A stretch of 64,000 nucleotides of DNA from Methanotrichaceae archaeon (GTDB lineage Archaea; Halobacteriota; Methanosarcinia; Methanotrichales; Methanotrichaceae): NCBI GenBank assembly GCA_963813075.1, contig CAWEXU010000005.1, positions 148,519 through 212,518 of the forward strand, in the 5' to 3' direction. Under the pieces are notes generated by a model. The model saw only the letters and a program-made list of their open reading frames with translations. It searched no databases and was not told where the DNA came from. The position numbers and the translations under genes are program-made. Below are positions 31,555 to 42,027 of this stretch, piece after piece; positions within the stretch are counted from its first letter, which is position 1; each line of letters opens with the position of its first letter.

Positions 31555-34334
31555 ACCTCGATGACCGCTCCTTCCAGGACATATTCTTCAGGCACCCTCA
31601 GGCCGTAGGCGGTGCTCCCTACAGTCAGGGTGTAGTTACCTGCAGGCCTGGTGTCAAACTGAGTGCCACCGTTGATGGGGCCTTCAGTCGAATATGGGAG
31701 AACCAGGGTAAACTGGCCGTCGGAGTCGCTCACATTGGACTGTCTGTACTCGAAGATCCTGTTCTGATTGGTCAGGATATCCGCGGTGGCTATGACGGTA
31801 GTTCCTGCCGGGGCATTTCCTTTGACCACCGCTCCCGGCACATTCTCGAAGATCTTGACCCACTTCTGGCCGGTGGTGGTGACTGGCGTCTCTGACTCAT
31901 GCACCAGGCGGAAGTGCTGCAGGGCCTCCAGGGGCACAGCGGGAATCGCCGGGCTGGTGGAGCCGATCTCCGCCATATATCCCTTCTCTTTACTGGTTCG
32001 GACGAACTCCTCCAATTCTGTGCGGTTGCTGGTTATCTTGGGCGCTTCGGTGAGGACGGGAACTACCACACCCTCTGCTGCCTCCATTGGCTGATAGGAC
32101 AGTCCTATACCCTGGTTTCCTGACACCTCCGATCCGTCGAAGAAGAACATTCGCGCAGTCATGGACTTGAAGTAGGGCTCTCGCCAGATCTGGAACTGGC
32201 CATAGCTATCTCCCTGCTCCTGCAGGAATGCACCCAGATAATTCGAATTGGATATACCGCTCCATGCAGCCATGGCATGGAACTTCCCGGTGGCCATCTG
32301 CTGGTCGACCATCACATACTTGGTGTTCATATACTCTGACCGGTCACGGTCCAGATCTGCCAGCACCTTCTCTCCCTGACTCTCGTTCTCCGCCAGGAAG
32401 AAGGGAGACGATCCCGGCCGGTCCTGGGTGACGCTGCCTATTCCCTGCTGGAAGGGATTGGCATTGGGAATTCTGTGGCCCACGACCTCGATTAGGTGGC
32501 CGTAATCCCACCAGGACATGATGCCATAAGCGGAATCAGGATATTGGTACCTCCCTTCCACGGGGCGTTCGTATTTCTCATATAGATTCATTCCCGGGCT
32601 GGGGGTATTGTTCTCCAGCCAGGCGGTGGAGGTCAGCCAATCTGAGTCCGGGCCGCCTGCGCCGCGGGCATAAAATGTGCTCCAGCTCATGCTGGGCAGT
32701 ATGATCAATGCGAAGATCAATATCGCCGCGCCAACTACCTTGAGGTTGGACTTTATTATCATGGAGAGATCCCTGCCATTGACATCCAGGTCCAAATCCT
32801 CAAGGCCCACTTTCTGGAGAACCCATGTTACCAGGAATGCAGTCAGAATGGCCACATTGATTCCATAGTAATAGGCAAACCTGTTCTGGGCAAGGACCAT
32901 GACCAGCATGATCAGAGACCATGACAGAAACGCTATATCCACTGCTCTTTGGCTTTTGACATTCCTGATTGCAAGCAGGAGAAGCGCCAGGAGGGCAAAG
33001 GTGAATGTCGTCAACAGGAGAGCAAGCCCTCCGTTGGCCTGAAAGTGGAAGAACCCTTCCACCCAGCCTATGCCCGGGAACCAGGTGAGGACATTGCCCA
33101 GTCCATTGGCAAATAATGGTGATACCTCACCGACGGTGGCCGCTCCACCCGACCTCTGCTGGAAGATGGACAGCCCCGCCAATAGGGGCCGGGTGAAATC
33201 GGGGATGGCCAGATAGAGTATCGCTGTGCCGACCAGGGTAGCACCCAGGGTCGCTAAAGGATAATAGTACCTCTTAAGGCCGTTCTGGTCCAGATACCGG
33301 GAGAGAAAAGCGAAGACCAATGCCGCTGCCGCACCAATCAGGAGGATGGTGGGCTGGAAGAGGCTGTAGTAGTAGTGGTTGAATCCGTAGTAGGGCTTGA
33401 TGAATGGAAGGAGGGGAATGATAGCTGTCACGAAAGCAATGGCGGAGATGATGCTCAGGTACTCGACGCTTCTCCCCTTCAGATGCTCAAAGATGCTCTG
33501 CCAGAAGACAAAGAAGAGTATCACTCCCACAAACAGGAATCCGGATGACCAGGCATCGATGTACAGCCCCAAAGATATCCCCGTCAAGAGGGAGTAGACC
33601 AGTGGAGTCTTAAATTTGGACCAGTCTTCTCTCAGGGTATCGAAGGTCATGCGCCTTCCGGAGCGCAGAGCCATGAGCAGGAACATCATGGCCATGGTGC
33701 TGAGCAGGATCTCTGCCGCATGGTGGTCTGTGAATCCCAATGTGGTGCGGTTGAATAACTGGCCGGGAAGCACGGCTACGATCAGTGCCGATATGAGGCC
33801 GCAGCTCTTTCCTGCCAATTCCCTTCCAATGAAATAGACCGGGAAGACCAGGAGTGCTCCCAGGACCGCAGGCATAAGGGCGCCAACGGTATCAACGAGA
33901 TGCATGCTGGGATTGCCCAGACCCAGGATCTCAGAGACTATAGCAATTGCCCAGCTGTGGAAGGGGCCGAAATGCAGTGTCGTCCCGGTGGGAAAGTTGG
34001 TCATGGGATCAAACCAAAGCCTCTGATGGTTGATCACCACGCCCTTGGCGAGCATCATGTGATACCAGGCATCGGTCTCGCTGCTGAATAAGACCCCATT
34101 ATCTGTGAAAACGTACTTCCAGTTATAATATGTGCGCAAAAAGAGGGAAACGGCTGCAGCCAAAATCAATCCTAGATAAAGGAATATATCGTTATTCTGC
34201 CAGAAGCCGGCCGATCTCTTTGTCTTGGTCTTTTTTTCCAGGGGGACGGACGGGATATCATGCTGACTGGCCTCCTGGCCACCAGCCGTGATTTTTTTCC
34301 CTTCATCGCCCTTTCCATCCGATCTCTTAGACAT
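31551..34334 (-). CDS. aglB: Archaeal oligosaccharyltransferase (STT3 family)
   Basis: DAWYH, FDPMTNFP, GFTDHHAAE, QNRFAYY, SWWDYGH and NPFQQG motifs; multiple TM helices. Confidence 0.95.
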   Translation of the reverse strand: MSKRSDGKGDEGKKITAGGQEASQHDIPSVPLEKKTKTKRSAGFWQNNDIFLYLGLILAAAVSLFLRTYYNWKYVFTDNGVLFSSETDAWYHMMLAKGVVINHQRLWFDPMTNFPTGTTLHFGPFHSWAIAIVSEILGLGNPSMHLVDTVGALMPAVLGALLVFPVYFIGRELAGKSCGLISALIVAVLPGQLFNRTTLGFTDHHAAEILLSTMAMMFLLMALRSGRRMTFDTLREDWSKFKTPLVYSLLTGISLGLYIDAWSSGFLFVGVILFFVFWQSIFEHLKGRSVEYLSIISAIAFVTAIIPLLPFIKPYYGFNHYYYSLFQPTILLIGAAAALVFAFLSRYLDQNGLKRYYYPLATLGATLVGTAILYLAIPDFTRPLLAGLSIFQQRSGGAATVGEVSPLFANGLGNVLTWFPGIGWVEGFFHFQANGGLALLLTTFTFALLALLLLAIRNVKSQRAVDIAFLSWSLIMLVMVLAQNRFAYYYGINVAILTAFLVTWVLQKVGLEDLDLDVNGRDLSMIIKSNLKVVGAAILIFALIILPSMSWSTFYARGAGGPDSDWLTSTAWLENNTPSPGMNLYEKYERPVEGRYQYPDSAYGIMSWWDYGHLIEVVGHRIPNANPFQQGIGSVTQDRPGSSPFFLAENESQGEKVLADLDRDRSEYMNTKYVMVDQQMATGKFHAMAAWSGISNSNYLGAFLQEQGDSYGQFQIWREPYFKSMTARMFFFDGSEVSGNQGIGLSYQPMEAAEGVVVPVLTEAPKITSNRTELEEFVRTSKEKGYMAEIGSTSPAIPAVPLEALQHFRLVHESETPVTTTGQKWVKIFENVPGAVVKGNAPAGTTVIATADILTNQNRIFEYRQSNVSDSDGQFTLVLPYSTEGPINGGTQFDTRPAGNYTLTVGSTAYGLRVPEEYVLEGAVIEV

Positions 34335-34449
34335 CAAAGCCCACAAGACCGTTCTATCCTCATAAACGTTTTGAATCAACCTTTGGCCAAAGCATGATAG
34401 AAGGATAAGGTGTACATAGGATCCTGGTGTATTGGTTATAAAAAAATGA

Positions 34450-34523
34450 TGGGCCCGACGCGATTTGAACGCGTGACCTCACGGTTATCAGCCGTGCGCT
34501 CAACCTGGCTAAGCTACGGGCCC
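34450..34523 (-). tRNA. tRNA-Ile(GAT)
   Basis: GGGCCCG acceptor stem, anticodon arm CACGG-CTGATAA-CCGTG, T arm ACGCG-TTCAAAT-CGCGT; CCA not encoded. Confidence 0.93.
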
Positions 34524-34676
34524 GGTCCGCACTCTGCATTACCGGTCCCATTAATAACTGTTTCCCTAAAGCACCCCTGAGCAAAGGTCACGGGGCGGCC
34601 TTTGCCCAAGGTGCGTCAGGTCCTCAGCTCTTCGACAGCCTTAAATCAATGCAGCCAGATTATGATCATGGTGCTT

Positions 34677-35090
34677 ATGGACCCTACCAATACTGAAAAT
34701 AATAATGCTAAAGAGACTAAAGAGGATCTTGAAGGCCTCTATGATCTGGCCATACCTCTGAGCATGCCGGTTACTGTCATACGCGAGCTGGTGGAGAAGT
34801 TCGATGTCGAACCTGTATTGCGGCCGGGCAAGATGGATATGACCGGCGAGGTTATGGACAGAGAGATTCTGGTGCTCAGAGGGGACCTGGAGACCGTCAA
34901 GGCGGTCGAGAAGTATATGTTCGAAGCCCTGGACAGGAAGATCGCCCAATGGAGTTCGAAGGACCGAGAAGAGAAGTACAAGAAGTACTCACGAGGAGCA
35001 GGCCAGTTTGAGGCTGAAGGAGGTAAAAGAGAACCCCGAAGCGGTAAACAGCTGGGAGCTTACCTCAGAGTGATGGCGATTCTGCTCTAA
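34677..35090 (+). CDS. Hypothetical protein (3' end possibly frameshifted)
   Basis: LYDLAIPLSMP..LVLRGDLETV globular segment; the C-terminus reads more naturally in another frame after about 34990. Confidence 0.55.
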   Translation: MDPTNTENNNAKETKEDLEGLYDLAIPLSMPVTVIRELVEKFDVEPVLRPGKMDMTGEVMDREILVLRGDLETVKAVEKYMFEALDRKIAQWSSKDREEKYKKYSRGAGQFEAEGGKREPRSGKQLGAYLRVMAILL

Positions 35091-35112
35091 AGAGAAAGAT
35101 CTGCGGACTGAA

Positions 35113-35460
35113 TCAGTCTATCAGTACCCATTTGTTTTTCCCCTCCCAGAGCTTAAGGGAGTAGAGCCTGATCGACGTGGCCTCCATCTCTTTTTTCAGC
35201 CGCTCTGCGATCCACCGGGCTATGCTCTCGGCAGTGGGGTTGGGAAGGATTTCATTCAGACAGCTGTGATCCAGCTCCTGCAGAGCGGATCCCAGGATCT
35301 TCTTGAGTTCATAGAAGTCCATGACGAAGCCGTCCTGGCCCACCTGGCCCTCCACCACCATCTCCACCTGGTAAGTATGGCCATGCATGTGAGCGCATTT
35401 TCCCGAATAGCCGGGCAGGCTGTGGGCCGCATCGAACTCTGCGATCAGGCCGAGCTTCAT
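35113..35460 (-). CDS. queD: 6-carboxytetrahydropterin synthase
   Basis: FDAAHSL, CAHMHGHTY, VMDF, LDH, NPTAE. Confidence 0.92.
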   Translation of the reverse strand: MKLGLIAEFDAAHSLPGYSGKCAHMHGHTYQVEMVVEGQVGQDGFVMDFYELKKILGSALQELDHSCLNEILPNPTAESIARWIAERLKKEMEATSIRLYSLKLWEGKNKWVLID

Positions 35461-35577
35461 TCCTGGACACCTCCCCGCCTTCTTTCGACCTCGCCCCGCC
35501 GATCGAGCGTTTTTCGCATCAAATTGCCTTCTTGCAGCATGAACGGACGAATGCTTCCTGGCTTATTAAATAGCTTA

Positions 35578-36369
35578 TCATATGACATCTGCCGGCAGAT
35601 CCGCCAGGATCCTCAGAGCCTCTGCCTCCATGAAATGCAGCTGTGCCGGGATGATCAGGATGTGAAGAGGTCCGCAAAAGTCATAGTCCGGCAGACGGCT
35701 GAGGCGGTCGGCCTTCACCGTTGCGTCTCGAGATCCTGCCCTGGCTATGCCCACCGCAACCGCCTCAGACAGATGGTCCTCGCCGGCATTGGCCTCCATC
35801 TCGCTGAGCAGATCCGCGCCCTGGTTTATGGTCATATATCTCTCAACCGGATCCATCTGGATATCGAGGAAGAGCATGGTGTGAAGGTTGCGCTCCCGGT
35901 TTTCCATCAATACCTGGTAAGGGGTCTGGGGAATGATCCTCTTTCCCCTGGATATGTAGGGGAAGGGAATGGTGGTGGATCGGCCGAAGCGATAGTTCTG
36001 CAGTCCGCAAAGACCGGATACCGCAGTGACAATGGAGCTGGAATGAATCAGATCGGTCTTGATCCCCATCTTTATCGCTCTGAGCCTCAGGTCCAGGTGG
36101 GTGGTGGAGACCATAGCATCCCCCCCGGAGAGAAATACGATCTCCCGATCTCTGGCCTCCTCCAGCCAGGCGGGGTCCACCTCCACCTCCTGTCGCGATA
36201 GAATATGGATCTTCTTTTGGTAGAGTGCTTCCATCTTCTCCAGGGTGGTTCCCATCAGCCGGGAGGTATAAAACTCGGCATAGACGCCATCTGCAGAGCG
36301 AATAGCATCCAGGCCTTTGAGGGAGATGTCCTTTTCGTCATAAAGGCCGAGGCCTATGAAGTGGAGCAT
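35578..36369 (-). CDS. dph5: Diphthine synthase
   Basis: MLHFIGLGL, AEFYTS, GDAMVSTTHLDL, GLQNYRFG, LHTMLFLDI, GPLHILI. Confidence 0.95.
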   Translation of the reverse strand: MLHFIGLGLYDEKDISLKGLDAIRSADGVYAEFYTSRLMGTTLEKMEALYQKKIHILSRQEVEVDPAWLEEARDREIVFLSGGDAMVSTTHLDLRLRAIKMGIKTDLIHSSSIVTAVSGLCGLQNYRFGRSTTIPFPYISRGKRIIPQTPYQVLMENRERNLHTMLFLDIQMDPVERYMTINQGADLLSEMEANAGEDHLSEAVAVGIARAGSRDATVKADRLSRLPDYDFCGPLHILIIPAQLHFMEAEALRILADLPADVI

Positions 36370-36468
36370 GACCATTCCTGGGATCGCCAGTTTAAAAAGC
36401 TCCCCTCTTGGCCAGTTAGTCCTGTCCAGTTCGTCAGGTCTATATTCCATCCCTGCAAAGTGGGGGAT

Positions 36469-37123
36469 ATGATTGGCAGGACAACTCAAGTAGTCGATTG
36501 CCGGGAGAGCATGGGTCTGGCCAAAGGGGGCGGACTGGCCCAGAGGGGCACCCTATCCGAGGCGACAAAGCCGGATGTTATCGCCATAGCCATGTCTCCG
36601 GGGAGGCGACACATCACCAAACCCGTCTGCGAGATGACATATGGTCTGCGCCGGGAGGGGATCCAGACCAGTGTCCTGGTTTTGGAAGGAGGGACCGGGG
36701 TTCCGGATAGCTTTCCCCAGGGGTCGCGAGGCTACGGACCGACCTTCGGCTTGTCGGAGAAGGAGGTAGAACAGGTAGCGCGCCATAAGATCGCCGTCTT
36801 CCATATGGGAAATGTCCGTTCCCATGTCGTTTTCAAGGCAAAGGAGATCCTCTCTCAGGTGGACATTCCTGCGGTGGTGGTTGCCCAGTGTCCCATGGAC
36901 CTGGAGGACTTCGCCAAGGAGGGCGTCAAGGACCAGGCTGGTCAAGCCTTCCAGGCAGAAGACGGAAACCATGGGTGAGGTGGTGGATCTTGTCACCGGC
37001 ATCACCAGGGGTTCGACCTGCAACCGGGTCAAGCTCAACCAGCTGGCTAAGGTTTTAAACAAGCATCTGGCAGAGATAAGCGATCGCGAAGCTCGAGAAG
37101 CTGCCAATAAGAAGAAGCGATGA
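36469..37123 (+). CDS. mcrC: Methyl-coenzyme M reductase operon protein C, frameshift near 36931
   Basis: MIGRTTQVVDCRESMG..GGGLAQRGT, MSPGRRHITKPVCE, GNVRSH, EDFAKEGVK/TR..VTGITRG; extra G in gtc aag (g)acc agg. Confidence 0.92.
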
Positions 37124-37161
37124 ATGGATTTTAATACCATTTTTTTGTAGAGATGGCCCGA

Positions 37162-38337
37162 ATGAAGCTGATTGTGATTTTAGGGGACGGCATGGCCGAT
37201 CTCCCTCTGGTGGAACTGCAGGGCAGGACCCCGCTGGAGGTGGCAGATAAGCCCAATATGGACCGTCTGGCCAGAGAGGGAAGAAGCGGACTGGCGCTAA
37301 CAGTACCGGACGGATTTCCGCCCGGAAGCGACGTTGCCAACCTCTCGGTGGCCGGCTATGATCCTCGCCGGTTCTACACCGGCCGCGCTCCACTGGAGGC
37401 GGCGTCCATGGGAGTGCATCTGGAAAAGGGAGATATCGCCTTTCGCTGCAACCTGGTCACCATAGACGATGGCATAATGATAGACTACAGCGCCGGGCAT
37501 ATCAGCACCGAGGAGGCCAGAGAGCTGATCGAGGCCTTAAGGCCCTTGATGCCCAAAGAAAGGCTTTATGCCGGAGTCAGCTACCGACATCTTCTCGTCC
37601 TGGAAAAGGGTGCCGGGGCGGTCTGCACTCCGCCTCATGATATCAGCGACCAGCCTGTAGCTGGTTATCTGCCCCAGGGGGTGGAGGCAGAGGTGCTTTT
37701 GGAGCTTATGGAAGGGGCGAAATCCGTCCTGGCCCGTCATCCGGTGAACCTGAAAAGGATCCGGGAGAATAAGAGGCCAGCGAACGCCATCTGGCTGTGG
37801 GGCCAGGGGCCGAGGCCATCGATGCCCTCTTTCCTTGATCTGTACGGCCTGACCGGGGCCATGATCTCGGCGGTGGATCTCCTCCGGGGGATTGGCGTTT
37901 ATGCCGGCCTGGAGGTGATAGATGTCCCCGGGGCTACGGGAACGATTGACACCAACTACTCCGGCAAGGTGAATGGAGCCATCGATGCCCTCTTGCGCCA
38001 CGACTTCGCCTATCTGCATATCGAGGCCCCGGACGAGGCCAGCCATGAGGGTGACCTGGATCAGAAGATCCGCGCCATTGAGCTATTAGATCAGCTGGTT
38101 GTCGGCCCGGTGGTAGATAGACTGGAAAAGAGCAAAGAGGACTGGCGCATTCTCCTCCTTCCCGATCATGCCACCCCCATCTCCATCAAGACTCACAGCC
38201 GGGATCCAGTGCCGTTTGTCATCATGGGAAAGGGAATCGAACCGGACGACGTAGACCGTTTTAATGAGCAATCGGCAAAGAAGGGCGGATATGGCAGGGT
38301 GGATGCCACAGATCTGATCGGGATGCTGGCAGCATAA
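37162..38337 (+). CDS. apgM: Cofactor-independent phosphoglycerate mutase, archaeal type
   Basis: GDGMAD, PGSDVAN, GRAPLEA, HIEAPDEASH, PDHATP..THSRDPVP. Confidence 0.93.
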   Translation: MKLIVILGDGMADLPLVELQGRTPLEVADKPNMDRLAREGRSGLALTVPDGFPPGSDVANLSVAGYDPRRFYTGRAPLEAASMGVHLEKGDIAFRCNLVTIDDGIMIDYSAGHISTEEARELIEALRPLMPKERLYAGVSYRHLLVLEKGAGAVCTPPHDISDQPVAGYLPQGVEAEVLLELMEGAKSVLARHPVNLKRIRENKRPANAIWLWGQGPRPSMPSFLDLYGLTGAMISAVDLLRGIGVYAGLEVIDVPGATGTIDTNYSGKVNGAIDALLRHDFAYLHIEAPDEASHEGDLDQKIRAIELLDQLVVGPVVDRLEKSKEDWRILLLPDHATPISIKTHSRDPVPFVIMGKGIEPDDVDRFNEQSAKKGGYGRVDATDLIGMLAA

Positions 38338-39283
38338 TGGATCTACGGGATCGCTTTAGAGGATGCCTGTTAGGAGGGGCGGCGGGAGATGCCCTGGGAA
38401 TGCCGGTCGAGGGGTATACCGCGGAGCAGATCCAATCCCTTTTCGGCCGGATAGAGGATATGCACTCCCCCCCGGAAGGCCATTTTCATGCCTGCCACCG
38501 GCCCGGCCAGTTCACCGATGATACGGAAGAGACTCTGATCCTGGCCGAGTCGATAATTGAGCACAAAGGCTTTTCTGCAAACGGTTTTTCTGAGAGGCTC
38601 ATGAGATGGGGGTCGACCTGGAGCCTGGACCAAGGCTCTGGAGCGGGGTGGGATTTGCCACCCGCTCTGCGGTGGAGAGCATGATCGCCGGCACTCCCTG
38701 GCAGGAGTCGGGCATAAGCATACCGACATGCGGGTCGGCCATGCGCGCCGCCCCCATCGGCCTATTCTATCATGCCGACCTGGGACTGATCAGAAGCTAT
38801 GCTGACCTGCAGAGCCTGCCCACCCATTCCGCTCCCGCCTCCCGGGCAGGCGCTGTGGCAGTGGCTTCAGGCGTCGCCTTAGGCCTTTTGGACCTCCCTA
38901 AAGAGATGATCCTGGAGGGTGCTGCCCGCCAGGCAGCGAGGTTGGATCCGGATCTTGCCGGGCGGCTCCTCTGGGTCCGAACTCTTATTGACCTGCCGCC
39001 AAAAGATGCCCAGGATATGATCAGGAACTCGCCCCTGGCCAGGGAGACGGTGGTCTGTGCCTTCTACTGCTTTTTGCGCTTCGAGCCGGAGGAAGGACTG
39101 GTTGCCGCTGCCAGCGGAGGAGGGGACACCGACTCCATCGCCTCCATCGCCGGCAACCTTTTCGGCGCAGCTTATGGAGCCGGCTGGATACCTGAGCGCT
39201 GGCTGGTCTGGCTCGATCAGAAGGAGAGGATTGAAGGGATTGCAGAGGACCTGTTCAATCTGTCTGAATCCTTTAATCGATAA
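38337..39283 (+). CDS. ADP-ribosylglycohydrolase family protein, frameshift near 38640
   Basis: GCLLGGAAGDALG, FTDDTE, GSAMRAAPIG and GGDTDSIASIAG, split across two frames. Confidence 0.88.
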
Positions 39284-39333
39284 GGCCGATATCATGCGCG
39301 GCGAATTTATATCAGTAGATCTCTGGATATCTT

Positions 39334-40359
39334 ATGATAGATGTAGGAATTGTCGGTGGATCGGGCTACACCGGTGGGGAGCTCTTGCGTCTCCTTGCAA
39401 ACCATCCCGAGGTCAATGTTAAAGCGGTCACCTCCCGCAAGCTTTCGGGAAAGCCCGTGAGCCTGGTTCATCCTCATCTGAAGAGCATTTATTCTCTTAA
39501 CTTTGAGGCGCTCAATGCCAGGGAAGCGGCCGAACGCTGCGATATCATATTCACCGGCGTTCCCCACGGAACGGCCATGGACTGGGTTCCAGAGCTCCTG
39601 GATGCAGGGGCTAAGGTGATCGACCTCTCCTCGGACTACCGCCTGCCGGTGGATGTCTTTGAGAAGACCTATGGCATGAAACACCGTGCTCCCAGGGATG
39701 CGGTCTTCGGCCTGCCCGAGCTTCATCCCGAGGTGGCAGGAGCATTGCTGATCGGCAACCCCGGATGCTACCCTACCGGAGCTACCCTGGCCGTGGCACC
39801 CTTGGCCCATGCCGGCCTGGTGGAACGGGTGGTCTACGACTCCAAATCGGGGATCTCCGGCGCAGGGATAGAGCCCACCGAGACCAGCCACTATCCCAAT
39901 ATGGCCCAGAATGTCATTCCCTATAAGATCACTAACCACAGACACGTCCCAGAGATAAAGCAGGAGCTAGAGCGCCTCTCACCTGGCATCAAGGTGAACT
40001 TCACCCCTCATGTCATCCCCTCCGTCCGGGGTATACTGACCACGGCGCACGTATTCGCCAAAGAGGGAGCAGAGGATACCCTGCAGGACAGGGAAAAAGT
40101 GGCCAGGATATACAGCGATTTCTACAAAGATGCGCCTTTCGTCCGCCTGGCTGATGGAGTGCCCCGACTTGCTGCCGTGCGCGGCTCCAACTTCTGCGAT
40201 ATAAGCTTTGAGCCCGAGAAGGGCAGCGACCGATTGGTGGTCATCTCCGCCATAGACAACCTGGTTAAGGGCGCGTCCGGCCAGGCCATCCAGAACATGA
40301 ACCTCATGGCAGGTCTGGACCAGAGGACTGGCCTCTGGTTCCCGGGATTGGCTCCTTGA
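39334..40359 (+). CDS. argC: N-acetyl-gamma-glutamyl-phosphate reductase
   Basis: GGSGYTGGEL, NPGCYPT, SGISGAG, IDNLVKGASGQAIQNMN. Confidence 0.97.
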   Translation: MIDVGIVGGSGYTGGELLRLLANHPEVNVKAVTSRKLSGKPVSLVHPHLKSIYSLNFEALNAREAAERCDIIFTGVPHGTAMDWVPELLDAGAKVIDLSSDYRLPVDVFEKTYGMKHRAPRDAVFGLPELHPEVAGALLIGNPGCYPTGATLAVAPLAHAGLVERVVYDSKSGISGAGIEPTETSHYPNMAQNVIPYKITNHRHVPEIKQELERLSPGIKVNFTPHVIPSVRGILTTAHVFAKEGAEDTLQDREKVARIYSDFYKDAPFVRLADGVPRLAAVRGSNFCDISFEPEKGSDRLVVISAIDNLVKGASGQAIQNMNLMAGLDQRTGLWFPGLAP

Positions 40360-40393
40360 ATATGAGGTGGACGGAAAAGCAGGTGGATTCCTT

Positions 40394-40876
40394 ATGAAGG
40401 TCAGAGATGTGATGAACGTCATGCCCGTCACTGTACAGGCATCGGCAAATGTGAGCGAGGCGGCCAGGCTCCTTCGGGAGAACAAGATCAGCGGGATGCC
40501 GGTTTTGGATGGCGAGAAGCTGTTGGGAGTTGTATCCGAGTCGGACCTGCTCCGACTCTTATCAGTAGAGGGTGAGTCCGAGGGGAGTCTATGGCTGCCC
40601 AGTCCCTTCGAGATATTCGAGGTCCCATTCCGCGACCTGGTGAAGTGGGAGAGGATGCAGTCCAGTCTGAAAGAGATCCCGAATAAGGAAGTCGCAGATG
40701 TGATGAGCCGGAACCTGCATGAGATCGGGCCGGACGACTCCATTGAAGAGGCAGCGAGCATCATGACCCGCCACCGGATCAACCGCCTCCCGGTGGTGGA
40801 GAATGGCCGGCTGGTGGGAATAGTAACCAGGGGCGATATCATATCCGGTCTGGGGATGGCCCATGCAGAGGATTGA
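40394..40876 (+). CDS. CBS-domain protein
   Basis: Two CBS motifs (ISGMPV..GVVSESD; INRLPVV..GIVTRGD). Confidence 0.9.
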   Translation: MKVRDVMNVMPVTVQASANVSEAARLLRENKISGMPVLDGEKLLGVVSESDLLRLLSVEGESEGSLWLPSPFEIFEVPFRDLVKWERMQSSLKEIPNKEVADVMSRNLHEIGPDDSIEEAASIMTRHRINRLPVVENGRLVGIVTRGDIISGLGMAHAED

Positions 40877-42026
40877 GGGCGGGATCTGCGCCATTGAGGG
40901 CGTCCGAGCCTGTGGAGTGCGGGCAGGAAAGTACGGCCTGGCTCTAATCGCCGCCTCTGGTGCGGCGGCAGGGATGTTCACCACCAACCATGTCCGGGCC
41001 GCTCCCCTGACGGTCACCGCAGAGCACCTGGCCGGGGGCCGTCTGGACGGGATAATCGCTAACAGCGGATGCGCGAACGCCTACACCGGACCCCAGGGGA
41101 TGGAGGACGCGAGAAAGATGGCTTCTTTACTGGCCGGATTTCTCAAGACGGACGAGCGGAAGATCGCCGTGGCCTCAACCGGGGTCATAGGCCGGTATTT
41201 GGATATGGATATCATCGGCCGGCTCTTCGATGAGGCAAAGGGGCGCCTGAGATCCGAGGGAGAGGCAAGCTCAGAGGCGGAGAGGGCGATCATGACCACG
41301 GACACCCGGGAGAAGGAGGTGGCTGTAGAGCACCAGGGCCTGCGGGTGGCAGGGATAGTCAAGGGCGCGGGGATGATCGAGCCCAACATGGCCACCATGA
41401 TATGCTTTCTTTTTACAGATGCTGATTTTTCCGCGGAGGTGCTGAAAAGCTGCCTGGCTGATGCCGTCCAGGATAGCTTCAATATGCTTACCGTGGATGG
41501 TGACACCAGCACCAATGATATTGTCATTCTCACCGCCACCGGCAGAACGCAGGGCCGGATAGAGGACTTCTCTGAGGCTTTGAGGTTTGTCTGCATGGAC
41601 CTGGCCAGGCAGATGGCCAGGGACGGGGAGGGGGCGAGCAAATTCTTCGAGACGAGCGTCACCGGGGCCCGCAATGAGGCCGATGCCCGGCTGGCGGCCA
41701 AAGCGGTGGCAAAAAGCAGCCTGGTCAAGACCGCAGTATTTGGGGCCGATCCCAACTGGGGGAGAATCATCTGTGCGGTGGGCTACTCCGGGGCGGAGAT
41801 GGACCCGGATCTGGTCACACTGGGGCTGGAGGGCTCCGGACTGAAGGTCGATCTCGTCCAGAGGGGCCGGATCGCAGAGGAGGTGCTGGACAGGGCCAGG
41901 GAGATAATGTCCGGGAAAGAGATCATAATCAATATCGACCTGGGCCTCGGAGAGGCCAAGGCGCGCAGCTTTGGCTGCGACCTGACCCATGAGTATGTGA
42001 ATGTGAACGCCAACTATACGACCTGA
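40863..42026 (+). CDS. argJ: Ornithine acetyltransferase
   Basis: NSGCANA, STGVIG, KGAGMIEPNMATM, DGDTSTND, DGEGASK, DPNWGR. Confidence 0.97.
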   Translation: MQRIEGGICAIEGVRACGVRAGKYGLALIAASGAAAGMFTTNHVRAAPLTVTAEHLAGGRLDGIIANSGCANAYTGPQGMEDARKMASLLAGFLKTDERKIAVASTGVIGRYLDMDIIGRLFDEAKGRLRSEGEASSEAERAIMTTDTREKEVAVEHQGLRVAGIVKGAGMIEPNMATMICFLFTDADFSAEVLKSCLADAVQDSFNMLTVDGDTSTNDIVILTATGRTQGRIEDFSEALRFVCMDLARQMARDGEGASKFFETSVTGARNEADARLAAKAVAKSSLVKTAVFGADPNWGRIICAVGYSGAEMDPDLVTLGLEGSGLKVDLVQRGRIAEEVLDRAREIMSGKEIIINIDLGLGEAKARSFGCDLTHEYVNVNANYTT

Positions 42027-42027
42027 T

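Noticed and set aside
34450..34523. tRNA-Ile as an integration site
   Set aside because: No duplicated tRNA 3' end or integrase was seen, and the flanks are housekeeping genes.
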